This document shows, piece by piece, positions 23,514 to 37,617 of a DNA stretch of 64,000 nucleotides. The position numbers and the translations under genes are program-made. How positions within the stretch are numbered: position 1 is the stretch's first letter; each line of letters starts with the position of its first letter. The notes under the pieces were generated by a model. That model was not told the DNA's origin. It saw nothing but the letters and a program-made list of their open reading frames with translations, and ran no database searches. This stretch comes from Macrostomum lignano (Eukaryota), in assembly GCA_002269645.1 (NCBI GenBank), contig NIVC01003343.1, positions 1 to 64,000 on the forward strand, in the 5' to 3' direction.

Positions 23514-26500
23514 GACGTCAAGGTCGTGTCAAATGATAACGGATCAACTTTATCCCGAAGCAGCAAAGTCTTACTTATTTCTAACAAACTATAAAACTGA
23601 TAATAATTATACTATTACTCGTAAAAAACTCTGCAGATGAATTTGAAATTTTAGACATGTAGAAACTCTTAATTAAATAAGAACTCCAGGCTACTCAGGG
23701 AAAAAATGAAATGCTGGAAGTACCATTTTCGTCATCACGCTTCAAATCAAACAGTTTTGAATAATTAATGCTGCGTCCCGGACCCACCGCTGAGCCAAAA
23801 AGACTCAACGGCTACTCAAGCCCAGCACTGGCGGCTCTCCAGCTTCCAGTAAGAAGTAAAACTCTATTAACGACAACAAAAACGTTTCCAGGGTTCGGGA
23901 AAATTCAAGCTAAGGAGGACAGTGTGGAGAGAATTAGAGAGTTTTCAGCCTCTTTCCTGTATGCTTTGGAAGAAAGCAGCACAATGGAGGGCAGGAAAAA
24001 TGGATTGAAATACTTGCAGAGGTCCTCAAACCTGTCAGAAATTTTCTATAGGCCTGAATTAAAACTGAAGATTTTTGGGGCGTGCTTTGGTTTTAATCCA
24101 GAGAAGCTTAGTTGTTTTTAGAGGTATTAGCTCAGCGTTGTGTACTGAGGCTCTTGGGTAGCCTTCCCCTAACCCCCCCTTCAGTTCTGAACCACAGCTC
24201 TCCATCCTTTGGTTGCCTGGTGACTTTTGTCTCCGTCTCCCATATTGCCGCTCCGTCTGCCCCTTATTTTCGACATTCATTTGTCTTTTTTCCTTGAATG
24301 TCCTCTTTGAAAGTTAAATAAACAGTTTCTCCACACTTCTTTTGGTGGTGGGTATTTTGTCACATGTTTAAGCTAAGAACTTAACTTAAGTATCGTTTCT
24401 TCAGTGGTTCTTGGTTCCAGCATGTTTACTCTTATTAGCTTGAGTTTGAATTAACGTCAGTTACTAAAAATAGAACAACGACTTTATTGCTTTAAATTAT
24501 GAGCGTAGTCTGGCCAAGAGATTCTAAATCTAGCAACTGGAATGACAACTAAGTAGCGCTGAGGACATTTTTATACAAGATGAGGCTTACTGCGATTGCC
24601 AGACATAGGATTTGTTTGCCGCATCAAATTGGATTGCCACTAACAAAAATCAGCTTCCTTCGCCTTATTTTGTCTTAGCCTGTAAGCACTAATATGCCAG
24701 AGTGACTTTCCTGAAGCCAAGTCTCTGCGTCCTCTGCAGAAGTTTTGCAAGATACAATATTTTTATCCCCCACTTGGGCCGGGCCAAATAAATGGCTCCA
24801 CCAATAGGAAAGCAAGATTCATTTGTCTTGCCCGGCCAAATAAATGGCTAAACCAATAGAAAAGAGCCATTCATTTATTTGGCCGGGCCAGGTAAATGAC
24901 GCAACTTTTGACATAGACATGTATTTTGAGTTACAAATGAACGAGCATCAAACGATGGAACGAGCAATGTTTTGAACAAAAACGGAGATTAAGTCTAATT
25001 AGATGTCATTGAAATGTATATAAACGCTTATTGTTGTTAATCGAAGTTAATTAAATTAATTAATTAATTATCAATTAAAGTGGATGCTGATTCTGTTAGT
25101 CTAACCGCATATTTCTAGTCGCATCTTCTTTTTGGGGGTCGCAGTGTCAACGGCAGACGTTGAGACAGCATCAGGCGGAGCTGTAGGCCAGGTGTTGTTG
25201 TCGCTACTCCAGACGTCATCCTGAGCGTCTTGCTGATCATTCTCTGTTGGTCTACACGGACGGACACTCCAATGTACTTCTCCACGGCGGTGCTGCTATG
25301 CCCCGTTACACGGCATCTATCGGCGCGCTGCATGCCGGATTAGTGCAGCCGGGTGGCGCATGTTGTAAGCACGCCTATAGATAACACACGTTGTATGCAT
25401 TAGTCAGCGCCCCATTAGTTTCACTTCAGGCAAAAATTAGTACAGAAAGTTGTCACTTGTGCCATAGACTACGATTTAATACGCTAGCTGAGTGAGTGTT
25501 GGACATTTAGAATTACTTGGTCTGGCTCACTGCAGATCGAGAAAAACGCTAGATGTGTCCGCTCTAGAATGTCGGTTTCGCCCATAGATATACACGAGCG
25601 TAATAAAAACACTAGGTAGGTCACTCGCCTATTTCATGATTTAGCCACTTAATTTCAATCGAGCGTTTGTATAGAGTTTTTTTAGATAATATTTGTGCAC
25701 CAATTAAAGTGTTATTTTTTATTTTAGATTATATTGTACATTGAAAAGTTGAAAAGTCTGATATGCCTAGAAGAAAGTAGGCTATTCAGAAATCGAGCGA
25801 AATTGCATTAAGTGACCCAAATAGTGTTTTTAGTATTTGTGGTTTTGCTTCAAGATTGTTCCACTACACTAAAAAAAGTTTTGTCTCTGCTCTGGCTCTG
25901 ATGGACCTCTCTCATCACTGAATACCTAGCCGCGAGCTTCTTCATGTTAAGCACAGCACCTTAATTCTCCAACTGGACTGTTCAGAGACTAACAGTGTTC
26001 TCTTCAACCACCCCGAGCCGATAAGGATCTTCTGATTACATGTAGCTACATATGTGGATTAGTAAGTCGACATGAATCTATCAGTGCAACAAAATTCATT
26101 CAACTATTTACCATTGGCTAAATCAGTTTGACAATACCTTCCATAAACAAATGTTGTGCAAACACCATTAAAGAGTATGTTGCCATTGGATGTCAGTAAT
26201 AAACATCTGAATGTTGATGTATTTTAGGCTTCCTGTTTACACGTCCTGCGTGAATGTGTATTATCAAGTCTTCTAACACTACTAGCAGTAAATAAATTTG
26301 ATTATAGTAATCCTTCGTTTATCTGCTTACATCTCTTTGGCATTGGCTAATGAAAAACGCGAGCCTTTCCAAGGTATAAATACACTCATCAAAGGAAACT
26401 CCACTCCACCGCGACAACTCCATACTGGCTGAGCTTCGAAATTTTTAACTCGTCTAAAAATCGAACCAAAAATGCTCGGAAATCAACTAGTTCTACAGGT

Positions 26501-26887
26501 GTTGCTCATAGCAGCTGCAGTCTCGGCTACCACAGCGGATCGGCCTGTGAAGTTCGAGTCAATCAGCAAGCGGGGCGTGGCAACTCCTCCAGCGATGGAG
26601 TCCTGCTCAGGCTGACCGAGGCTGAAATGCGCCGAGCTTTGCTCGCTGAGGTCGGCCTGTTTCGGATTCAGCTGGCTGCGGGCTCTGTGCCGGCTGTTCA
26701 ACTTAACGGCTTTCTACAAATATGACGACTGGGAGAGCGTGGAGCCGGGAGATGTTTACACACGACAGCTTGGTAAGGTTGCCAAGGGACCGTACGATAA
26801 TACGTATTTTCTATAAGCATGAAAGATGTCAATAACTATCAGTTGGTAGCGAAAAAGTCGATCCTATCGATCAATGCACAGATCCTG

Positions 26888-27345
26888 CTCACCAAGAGAC
26901 AGGGGCACCCACCAAGAGACACAGGCGCCCACCAAGAGACAGGGGCACCCACCAAGAGACAGGGGCACCCACCAAGAGACAGGGGCACCCACCAAGAGAC
27001 AGGGGCGCCCAACAAGAGACAGAGGCGCCCACCAAGAGACAGGGGCGCCCATCAAGAGACAGGCGCCCACCAAGAGACAGGCGCCCACCAAGAGACAGGG
27101 GCAACCACCAAGAGACAGGGGCAACCACCAAGAGACAGGGGCGCCCACCAAGAGACAGGTGCCCACCAAGAGACATGGGCGCCCACCAAGAGACAAACGC
27201 CCACCAAGAGACAGGCGCCCACCAAGAGACAGGCGCCCACCAAGAGACAGGGGCACCCCCCAAGAGACAGGGGCACCCACCAAGAGACAGGGGCGCCCAC
27301 CAAAAGACAGGGGCGCCCACCAAGAGACAGGGGCGCCTACCAAGA
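26888..27345. repeat. 20/18-bp GC-rich minisatellite
   Basis: ACCAAGAGACAGGGGCACCC and ACCAAGAGACAGGCGCCC units. Confidence 0.95.
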
Positions 27346-27539
27346 TGTGCCGTTTCTTGTGTATCTGATTAATATATTTTATTGAATTTGGCATGGTAAA
27401 CTTGGTTTACATGTAACTTTGCCATCTCTCCATTGACCAATTGAATTCCTTTCCCGCTGCATTGCAGATGATCCAACAAAGCTCAAGACCGACAGTTGCA
27501 TTCCAAGTTCCAACTAGGGGTGTTTGGGTCGGCCATTTT

Positions 27540-27680
27540 TTCGGGGTTCGGGGTTTACAACCGAACCCGGTACCCCTACCCCGAACCCTGAACCCCGTCC
27601 CGAACATTTCTTCCAACCCCGAACCCCGAACCCGGTACCAAAACCCGACCCGACCCCGAACGTAACCCCGAACATTTTCA
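27540..27680. repeat. Short CCCGAAC-type repeat with inverted copies, probably a DNA-transposon fragment
   Basis: CGGGGTTCGGGGT followed by multiple ACCCCGAACCC. Confidence 0.5.
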
Positions 27681-30422
27681 CGCTTATTTTGGTCAATCAT
27701 TTTAATAAATTCAGTTTTCAGTTTTCAATTTTTCAGTTTTTAGTTTTGAATTTCAGTTTTAAAATCAGTTTTATACATTGAGATGTGCCTTAACAGCTTC
27801 AACCACTTAGCCTTGTGGTTTTATTTCCCTTAGCTACTCTACAACTAGGAAAAGAAATATGAAACACTTCTTGCAATGGGATTGGGATTGAGATGGAAGG
27901 AATACCAAGACCCAAGATCTAATAGTAAGATACATGAAAGTTCACAACTAAAATCGGGACCATTTCGTACCTATACTTACAACGAAATTGCTTTCATAGT
28001 AATATTACATCTGAGTTTATTTAAGCTGCAAAAATAGAGTACAATAAAATTAGATTATACCCTGTAGTGTAGATATCAGTAGAGATAGAACTAGAGCGAT
28101 AAAGAGATAGCACAGATAAAACAATGATACAATGAAACAGGAGAGTTAATCACAAATATATATTTATTTTTACTTTTGACTACAGTTAAAACTTTTACAG
28201 CTTGGTTTTCAAAATGATATCACATGAGTTGCGAGTCTAGCGGAGCATTTGAGCATTTTACAAGCAAATAAAAGTAACAAAAAGCTGCATACGAGCGTAA
28301 TGTGGCTTGCTTGCAGTTTAACTGAATGAGTAGTCGCAGAAATGCAGCGCACGTACATGTACTTCAGTTTCACTCTAGATCTTTCAGCCTTTAATTCTTT
28401 TTTATATAAGTACGAACCAAAGTAACTACATGTATTGGAACTCGTAATCCGGCCCTGTGTACTCATATTATTAAGTTCAACGAACCTACGACAAGTACTT
28501 TTAGTAGAATTCAGACTCATTATTTACATCAAAATCATATAATTGATGAAGCCGATCTCTTAGCCTTTGACTATAGGTCCTCAGACTATAGAAATCGATC
28601 ACTTAAGCTCTGACCTCCCACTCCTGTCAGCCCCAAAGGTAGCAAAGATGCAGCGAGCAGCTGGGTTTTTTAGCTGATAGAGAACAGAAATCGGGTTTCC
28701 GACTATGTAGAAGTTGCACTGAACTGACCAGCTAACCAGTGTCTTTTTCCTGTCCATGTCAAAGTCCTAGTCGATTAAAGGGACACTGGATCGCATTTAC
28801 CATGTGAAGACTGGGACGTGTCTTTTAGGAGGGGGGGGTTCTACATGTAGCTAAGTGCACAAAAAGTAAGCTAAAAGGAGTTGGGAGTCCGGAATTCATT
28901 CGAAATACTTAAAATGTGTGTACAGTGTACATTACATCTGTCATTACCGTAATTCCGTCGAGCTCTGTCTGTAATTAAGTTGCTTGATTTCTGCAGTCGA
29001 TGAGAGAACGAAATGACAACAAAAAATAACCTTTAGGGGAAATGAATTCTATCATTGAATAGAACAGTCTTGAGTACAAATCTCAAGCAAATGCGATCTA
29101 GATTGATCGCAATTAATTTCGAACCTAGAAAACTTGTCTTCATCAGCAGCAGTGGAACTCTCAATTCTGAATCAGGCTTATATAATATGTGACAGTGTGA
29201 TTCGTAGAAGCGTGTATCGTATTTCTTTATTTTCATATGCATACTGTATTCTTTCATTTATTTTAACAATATTCGTACGTATTATTATCGCGCTATTTTT
29301 ACTGTTAATTGCTTTTGTTTTGTAGCCTCGTATGTATTTATTCTATTATTTGTATTATATTCATATCGTTATTATTTCTCGTAAAGTAGTTCTACCTATG
29401 TACTTGTACTGACATATGTTATTCTTGCTTGATATATTTATCGATTAATTTGTACATGTACATTGCGCGCCGCGTGGGGGGTTGTTTGTCTGGGTTTTGG
29501 ATTAAGGGTGTTGTTGTTATCTGTTTACCTTTAAATATATGCTTACACTGCAGTCAGCAGCCGCTCTCGCCCTTCCCCTTGCTTCGCTTTTCGACCTAGG
29601 CTCGCTAACCCTTAGCTGTGACGCTGTCTGGCCTCCTTACACCAACTCTTCCGCCGTCTACCTTGGCATACCAATTAGTTAATTAACTGATCCAGCAATT
29701 TTAAGTAGCACTAGCAAAAGTCTAAGGGTTGAAGCGGCTTGCCGATCTGCTAATTAATCGTGAACTATCTAAATTAACCGCTACACAAATCCGTCTTATT
29801 CGCCTTATTCATCACAAATAATTATCCCAAAGCTAGACAAACAAGACTTTTTTTCTGGAGCATTCCAAGCAGCGAAAAGGACTGCTGTCCGAAAAGAAGA
29901 TTGAAGAGTTCCCCTCTCCAGACAATTGAAAATAAGCGTAGCTACACAAAATAGGTGCTTTACCAACTAATCAATTTTAGTAATTTTAGTCATAATAAGC
30001 TAAACATAACCCCAGTGAGAGGCCAGAGCGAACTTCAGCTTCTCTCGAAGCAAATATAAGGTGAAGTTCTTTAAACATGGCTGTACAAGTGTACTTGAAA
30101 TAAAAATGATGAACACTAAAACGGCGTACAACGGTGTGCATATGCGAGCAGTAAAAGAAGTGGTTTTCTAAGGCCAGAGTACGAAGTAGCTTGTACATGT
30201 AGAGAAAGAAAAGACTAAACAAACTAAAAACAAAACGTTAAATAAGCTGTTGCTAGGTTACTAAAACTATTTAATGTTGTATATAGCCAGGCTGCTGCTG
30301 CATCTGCGCTTGTAATAGCAAATAAGAAACAACTTATACACTACTCTTTGTTACTGAGCTACTGAGCTACTGAGCTACTGAGCTACTGAGCTAGTTGTGC
30401 CTATTGCAACGAATGAAGAAAA

Positions 30423-33400
30423 ATGGCAGGCGATTCTAACAAAGAAAAAATGGAAGAATTGCTTAAAACTTTAACACGCTCAGGCAACAGCGATCCAGCA
30501 GATTTTCCTTCGCGAAATTCATCCACCGGCTTACATGGATCCCAAGCCGATGCCAGCTATGGTAAGAAAATCTAAAAAATGCTTGGTAAAAATTAAAGTT
30601 CAAATTAAATTATAGGCTTGCGGTTCGAAAAGTACACAAAGCGGTATAAACAGCTATCCGTGTCCATAGCTACGCGATGTACGCAAAAGTATTGTCGTAA
30701 AAGCCTACTCATTCTAGTTAATATCACTAGTTTTTTTGTTTGACTGCAATATCAAACTGTAATGATTGCTTCTTCCATACATTTCAAGTTTTACTTATCA
30801 CTCTATCGATGGATTTGTGTGCCAGTCTGTGTACAAATACAGAAAATTATTGTACACATAATGGAAAATTGTGTAAAAGAATATGTAAAAGAAATGTTTC
30901 AGATACGATTTAAATATAAGTAGTTAATAGTTGCAATTCAAACTTTGCACTTGCAAAATATTAAAAATATTGCATACTTTTTTGACACAACAGAACTCTC
31001 AGCGCCGCCCAGTCCATCTCCGAAGCAACTGGTTCAAACTTCAAGTCAAATGAGGACAACTAGCCAAAATACTCGCATCCCTCGGGGCTCCGGGAGACAG
31101 AAACTTAGTTTGAATGACGTGGGCGAACAGTACGTCCTGCTGCTCGATGCCATCGACAAGCTGAAGCTGGGCAGCGAGATCGACCTACCCGAGATTGTAG
31201 TGCTCGGCGACCAGTCCGAGGGAAAGTCGACCGTACTCGAGGCGATCGCAAAAGTGAAGCTTCCTAAAGGGGAAGGCACCTGTACGAAATGTCTCATCAG
31301 GCTAAGTATTCGATGCAAGGATAAAGAACACGCCACGATTGAGACGTGAGTGATTTTGTTTCACGACAATTTTGCTGCAATTGCGTGATATTACGTGATA
31401 AAATTTACAAAAATTGGAAGTCAATCACGTATTTACTTAAACTTTACAACAACAACAAGGCATGAAACCGCCAAGGAACAAAATACACTTCATAAACGGG
31501 GGGGGGTATCAGATCAGTTTTTCAGTAGCCCCGGCGCCAGGGGCCATGCATCGTGAGCAGCAGGACTTTCTTCACCGGTCCGAGTCTCCCGTTCGGTCGA
31601 AAACTATTTTATTCACTTTGTGTTGGATTGCTGAAAGTTTCAGATAGGCAGCTTTCTAATTTGAATGGTGAAAGACTGCAGCGGAGCAAATTACAGACGT
31701 TGGTAAAGAGATGCTAGATTGCGATAAAAACGGAGAGCGGGAATCGTTCGAGAAGTGAAGCCTCTGTCTTGCTTGTAGTTAAATCGTCCTTGGTTTTAAT
31801 GTTGGATTTCCCAAAGGATTTTATCATGAAATCAATTCTTTGTAGATTAAATTTCGTTCATTGGTTGAGGCAGGGCGCTCGTAAGAAAAGCTCTAACAGT
31901 TTGTTAAATCGGGATGGAAAACGCTGCAGCACAGTTACTGTTACTGACTTATTGTAAAAAAAGTTTTTTATAAGCATCTTCAGTGTAAACAACGATTTGG
32001 TCGAGCTTATATGTGCATCCATCAAATATTTTTCAGCTTCGACGGAAAATCAATCAACGTGGAATCTCAAGAGGACTTTTCATCGAAGTTGAAAGATATC
32101 ATGAACGAAAAGTTCCCAGGACAGAATATTTCTATGAACTCAGTCATCAATATAAGAGTAAGCGGGCCAGATCGTCCTAACCTGACTGTGGTAGACGCTC
32201 CTGGCTTTAAGACGTACTAAGTATTTAATTTTCTGACAATTGTGCTGCACAGATTTCATCAGTATAATTACACATCCTGTTTGTAATCTGACTCAATCAC
32301 AGTGACATGAAAGAGGACGACGAAAATACGGTTGCCCTGAGAGAAAAACTAAACAAACCTAACATACTGATGGTTGTCGTTTTGAAGGCAGTCAACGACA
32401 TTGATACTTCAAAGGGTTATGACTTTGCAAAGAGGCTTGACCCGGAGTTTAAACGGACCGTGTTCGTGCTGACTCACTGTGATAACCTTGCGGAGAACAA
32501 GCAGCAGAAGGTGCCGGATATGCTAAGAGATAGAGATGCGTTTGCTGTCCATTGCTACTCAAAAACGGGCAGGTACTCTTCTGACGAGGAAACGGATTTC
32601 TTCAAGCGGCAATCTTTTTGGCAAAACCAACCGCAATCAAAACTTGGCCTCGATGCGCTCATCAGTCACCTAGCGGAAAACATGTATCGAATTTTAAGGC
32701 CAAGGAAAGAGGAATTTCGTTCAAAACTTTTGGTAAATTATTTTCTTGCTGAATAAAAAATATGTTAATTTATATTATCACAGTCCTTTTTTTACTCCAG
32801 AACTTGTGGAGAGACGAGGCCAAAGAGTTGGAAAAGCTTAAAGACGAGAATGATGGTGCTAATTCCGAGTTGAAGAATCTCTTCATTAAACTTAATAAGA
32901 AGCTTGAGGAACAACTTACCGGCACTTGTCGCAAAAAGAAGAATGAACTCTTCAGTGAGTGCAAGATGAAGTGGAACAAGTTCGAGCAGGATTTAAAGAC
33001 GATTGCCGAGGAAGTTCTAGAGCCAAATCATTGTAAGACCTGAAGTTTTATAAGTTGAAACCGTTGCATTCTTAGCTCGCTTTATTTATACATATTCCGG
33101 CCCTGAATCTTTGTCAAACTTTCAGTGAAGTCTATTCTCGATGAGGAGTGCGAGGATCAAGTTGGCGAAGAGTTCAAAGGCCTGCCACACTATTTCCCTG
33201 TCCTAAAAAGAGTCGTCAAAAAGCACATACTAAAGGCTTTGAAACCGACTATTGAGCGACTTATTAGTGATATCGAATGTATTATTCAAGATCGAATTCA
33301 AACTGAAGTGAAAAGGTGCATGGCAAGCCATGAGCCACTTGAGAAGTCTATCAATACGATGATTTGCGAATACCTTCCGGTGCTCCGACGGGATGTAGCT

Positions 33401-34749
33401 AGCAAAATCGATGTCATTATGAGCATGGAGGCAGCTTTCTATCAAAGCAGCTTGGACGTCGATGAGGAAACAAATCAACAGTAAGTTCCTCGTGCAGTAC
33501 GAATAGGTATTTAGAAAATCTGACCAACCTGCTAAACTATCCGAAAACATGCAGTACAAGCGCTTCACAAAATGGGCCCAGAATAACTTTCGAAATGCAA
33601 ATACGCTCGCATTATAAGCAAGCCTATATGGTTGCGCTGCTACACTACGCTGTATACTATAGCTAGCATAAGCGTGTTGAAATGGGTGAAATCATGGATG
33701 AAGGAATAGAAAGGATCGCTCATCTAAAAGCGAGTCAATGGCCAAGGCTTCCTAAAAATTGGGATATTCCCCCCCCATGAATTTCAGTGACTAATGGAAT
33801 TTAATAATAGTCCCCCTAAGCTCTTACTGGCTGAAGCTTGTACGCGAGGGAAATTCCAAAGTCACGATTAACGTTAGACATCTATGTATCAGATTAAACA
33901 TGCCTTTTGAGGGAGTTATTTGTATAAATCACGAGGGCCTGAGGCCCTTGTGGCTGAGGCCCGAGGCCCGAGGGATTTATGAAAATAACTCCCGAAAAAG
34001 GCATGTGTAATCTCGTATAAACCATAGACATTAAGACTTTGCGGGATATTATTGAATTATTGAATATTATTACCAAATAAAATCCCGGAGAACGCAAATA
34101 TTGTCACGGAAAGTCTTTATTTCTATGGATTATAGTCTCGTAACTGATTTCTTCCTCTGGGCCACGACCATGGATGAATAATATAACTGGATCGCCAGAA
34201 GCTCGATTTTTTTGGTCCTAGCCATAGACAAGCACCAGCATCACAAGAAGCTCAGAATGCCGTACTTTCTACGTATTTTCACTTATCCTACTAAGTATAC
34301 TTATAAATAAATGTGTATGGTAAATTTTTTGCAGAGCTCAGGAAGATGGCAAAAAATTGTTGAATAAACTGATCGAAAAGGGAGCAACCGCCAGGCTTCC
34401 AGATGAGTTTCGGCCCTTCCTTGAACCTTTGATAAAAGAAATTGTTCCGCTAGTTACTGGAGCAACCAGCAGTGACTCCACTGAAGTCTTGCAGCAAACC
34501 CTAAGCGTGGTATGTCACAGATACATCGGATTTGTTGTAACTAGAATCGCCACTAGCATTCCAAAAGCGATAATACGCTTCATGCTTAAGCGAATGTCTG
34601 TGGACGTATGGAAATACATCAGTGAAGACAAACTGGGCGAAGAAACAAAGAAAAAACTAAAGGAGGATGTTGAACATAAAATCGAAAAATTGGAACAAAG
34701 TATAAAGGAGCTTCAAGACTTGCTGGCAAAGTTTGGATTAAATTCATAA
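30423..34749 (+). CDS. Mx-like dynamin-superfamily GTPase 2, 699 aa; exons 30423-30561, 30994-31345, 32037-32213, 32303-32732, 32801-33032, 33126-33480, 34335-34749
   Basis: GT-AG exons in compatible phase summing to 2100 nt. Same motifs as gene 1 (GDQSEGKST, TCTKC, DAPG, THCD, YIGFVVTRIATSIPKAIIRFML). The 177- and 430-nt exons have identical sizes in both paralogues. Exon 1 is the least certain. Confidence 0.88.
33891..34013. repeat. Imperfect inverted repeat (about 55-bp arms) in Mx-like gene 2 intron 6; MITE-like
   Basis: AGATTAAACATGCCTTTTGAGGGAGTTATTT...AAATAACTCCCGAAAAAGGCATGTGTAATCT. Confidence 0.7.
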
Positions 34750-36552
34750 TTCGTAAACGAGCTATTCTAGTACAACTGTTAACATTTTTTAAAAAGATCA
34801 AAACTTTGCTAAGAATCTAGGTCTGTCTGTTTTTCTAGCGATTTGTTTCTTTTTCGTAGCTCTTATTAGTAAAATTCTCTTAGCTTTTTTGTTTTACTAT
34901 CTACTACTATCTAGTATACTATAGAAGTTTTTTCATTGCAACTGTCAGAGAACTTATGGGTGAAAGAAAACCAAGTTTTGCTAATCTGCAAGATTTTCTA
35001 GCTGATTATTTGTCTGAATATCAATATATTTATTCCACATTCCTAGCATCAAATAATTCTTTAAATTGTTAAATAAGTGAGTAGCTTTTTAGGTGTGTCA
35101 AATAGTGTCTTTTTTTATTTATATTCAAAATGGGAGACAACAATCGTAATTAGGGCAAAAATTTGGTCACAAGTCTCGCAGATAAGCAATCTATTTTTCT
35201 GAATTCACGATCAGCCAATAGCATGGCTTATCGATCCCTGAATGCAGTTTAAAAAATATATTCTCGTACAAGAGGCTTTCAAAAATTAGCCGTGATCTTG
35301 GAAAGTTATGTAGACTCATCTGAAATATAGTAGTTAATAAGCCCAGAATTTCACTCTGTATTCACCCATATTTATTTTTTCTCCATATTCATTTACATTA
35401 TGCATTACTGGCAGTATAACGCCTGCGTATTTTGCTAATTTCTCTCTTAATTTGAGAATTATTTCTATGAATATTATAATTAGTGTATATTAGTATTGTA
35501 TCATTGTTTTTACTTCCCTTAGCATAGTCTTTAGGACTTTATTCTTAGCTATTTTTGTGTCTGTTAATTATTAATTTCGATCACGACAACTTTGACAGCT
35601 CTGCTTTATTACTGTTGTGTCGTGTAACCTGACAGACCAACTTAATGATAGATAATATTTTACGAATGTTTCTACTATAACGTAAATGCTACCTATATTA
35701 TTATTATTATTGCCTATTACTTATACTGCCACTTTAAGTAGAGTAGTTGATAAATTATCTGTATAATGTATTATTAATCACGTGATATCTCTAGCTCTTG
35801 AATTTATCGATCGTGCAGTTTTTCTACTGTAGTTAAAATATCGATCATGTAGTTTTTCTTAAATAACGAAAATATAAATAAAGCAACTGTGCGCACCTAG
35901 CACTCTATTTTTCAACTCAACTGGAAAACTTCAAGCCTTGGCTACACAACAATTACCCCAGAAGTTATTTGAAGTTATCCCAAATCTTCAATTGCATCGT
36001 GTTTTAAATGGTGTATCAGAATGGTTCTAAGCTTAATTTATTCATTTATATATATCTTAGCAGCGATGTGAGTGGGTCTGAGCGAGAATTACCCAGCGAT
36101 TTACGAATTTGTTATTTAGTAGAAGCTCAATGTATAAAATTCGTTGAAGAGAGATACAGCTGGTGCCTTTAGTGATGCCTGGAAAGCTCGCTAAGAACCC
36201 CTGGCAATAAGGCTGTCCCTGTCCCTCCATGGTCAATGCGATCCAGTCTCAGCAGTGTCCCTTTTACATCGACTTCTAAATTAAATCCAACTTCAAGAGA
36301 TTGATAACAATAAGAAACTAGTTCGCAGACTAACCAAGAGTGTATTCTAGTCGGAAATCTGATTTTCGTGATTGTTGTGACATCACCTAATGATCTAGAA
36401 TCTTACAATACATTGTCTGACTGACAGATATACATCAGTGCAGATTCTTCAGAGCCTAAATTCAAATAAAAATGCTTGTCTTCGGAATTCGTTTAATCTT
36501 ATTACTAGTACATATATCTTGAGGTTAGGGTCCAGGGTTCCGGGTTTAGGGT

Positions 36553-36810
36553 CCACGCCGAGACCTAGACCCTGACGGATGCCTTGGAGAGGCAGCTGGA
36601 CGCTGCGCGTGAGCGGCCATGCTGCGTGTGGCGGTGGGAGTGCGCAGCAGTCCAGGCAGCGAGACCAACGCCGCGCTCTACACGAGGGCACGCCCGATGC
36701 GGCCTTCTGGCCTGCTGCGCGGGCGGCGACTTCGACTGGCTGGCCACGTCATCCGGTCGGAGGGCCGCTGCCCTGAGCCGCTGCACGAAGTGCTCTCTCT
36801 TTCTTGCGGC
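36553..36810 (+). mobile_element. Decayed 3' fragment of a non-LTR retrotransposon ORF2 (RTE/L2-like)
   Basis: AET*TLTDALERQLDAA...MLRVAVGV...TNAALY...LLRGRRLRLAGHVIR matches the post-RT C-terminal motif of LINEs; contains a stop and a frameshift. Confidence 0.7.
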
Positions 36811-37617
36811 ACCCCACAACGCTGCCCTAGCAGTCTGTTAGGGGAAAAACGATCGAAGTGCTGCTGCTCAAGCTGCAAGGACCGCGCAGGCGAGGCCAAG
36901 GGCGAACCGCGAGATATCCGGACAGGCTTTTGACCGATGCTAGCGCCCCGGACCAAGCCGGGGGTGTGTGACTTTCTGAGGCCATGGCCCAGAGACGCGC
37001 TCTCTGACTTCCCCCTTTCTGGCCACTGCTGTGGCTGGCGGGTGAAGTACTTTGTGTTGTTGTGTTGCTTGAAGTTGAGTCTTTTAGTATTTACGCTGTT
37101 TCGTCTTTATATGATATGAAAAACTGAAAAGCTGAAAGATCTAGAATGAAACGCGAGTACTTGTGCACTGAATTTTTGCGATTACTCATCCAGTTAAATT
37201 GCAAGCAAGTCACATGAGGCATTTGCTGCTTCTCACTTCTCTGCAGACAGATTTCAGCTAAGTGGCTATAAAAATTCCAAACAATAGCAGAGTATTTTTT
37301 CTCTGGTTCTTCTTTCAAAGGAGGGATGCTAGAAAATACGGGTCTTGCCGGGTACCTACGCGCTTGTATGCTACTCTCAATGCTCAGCTATACTCATAAC
37401 TCGTGTAAAATTATATACGAGTAGTTTATTTAAAAAACCTAGGCCATAAAGTCTCTTTTATTCCGATGACAATTGAGCAAACTTATTATTAAAAGAAAAG
37501 CAACTGACTGTGAAGTGAAGTAACACACTTACAAAAAGCCTACCCACCCAACTATAAAGCACAAAAATCTGAGAACAGTTCCTATAAGAGCAGCCGCCCT
37601 GCTTGATCCTTGTTTCT

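Noticed and set aside
26819-27394. Collagen- or mucin-like ORFs (RQGHPPRD repeats)
   Set aside because: The 20/18-bp unit mix is open in most frames on both strands, which is typical of a non-coding minisatellite.
36525-36555. Telomeric TTAGGG repeats next to the LINE fragment
   Set aside because: Only two imperfect units.
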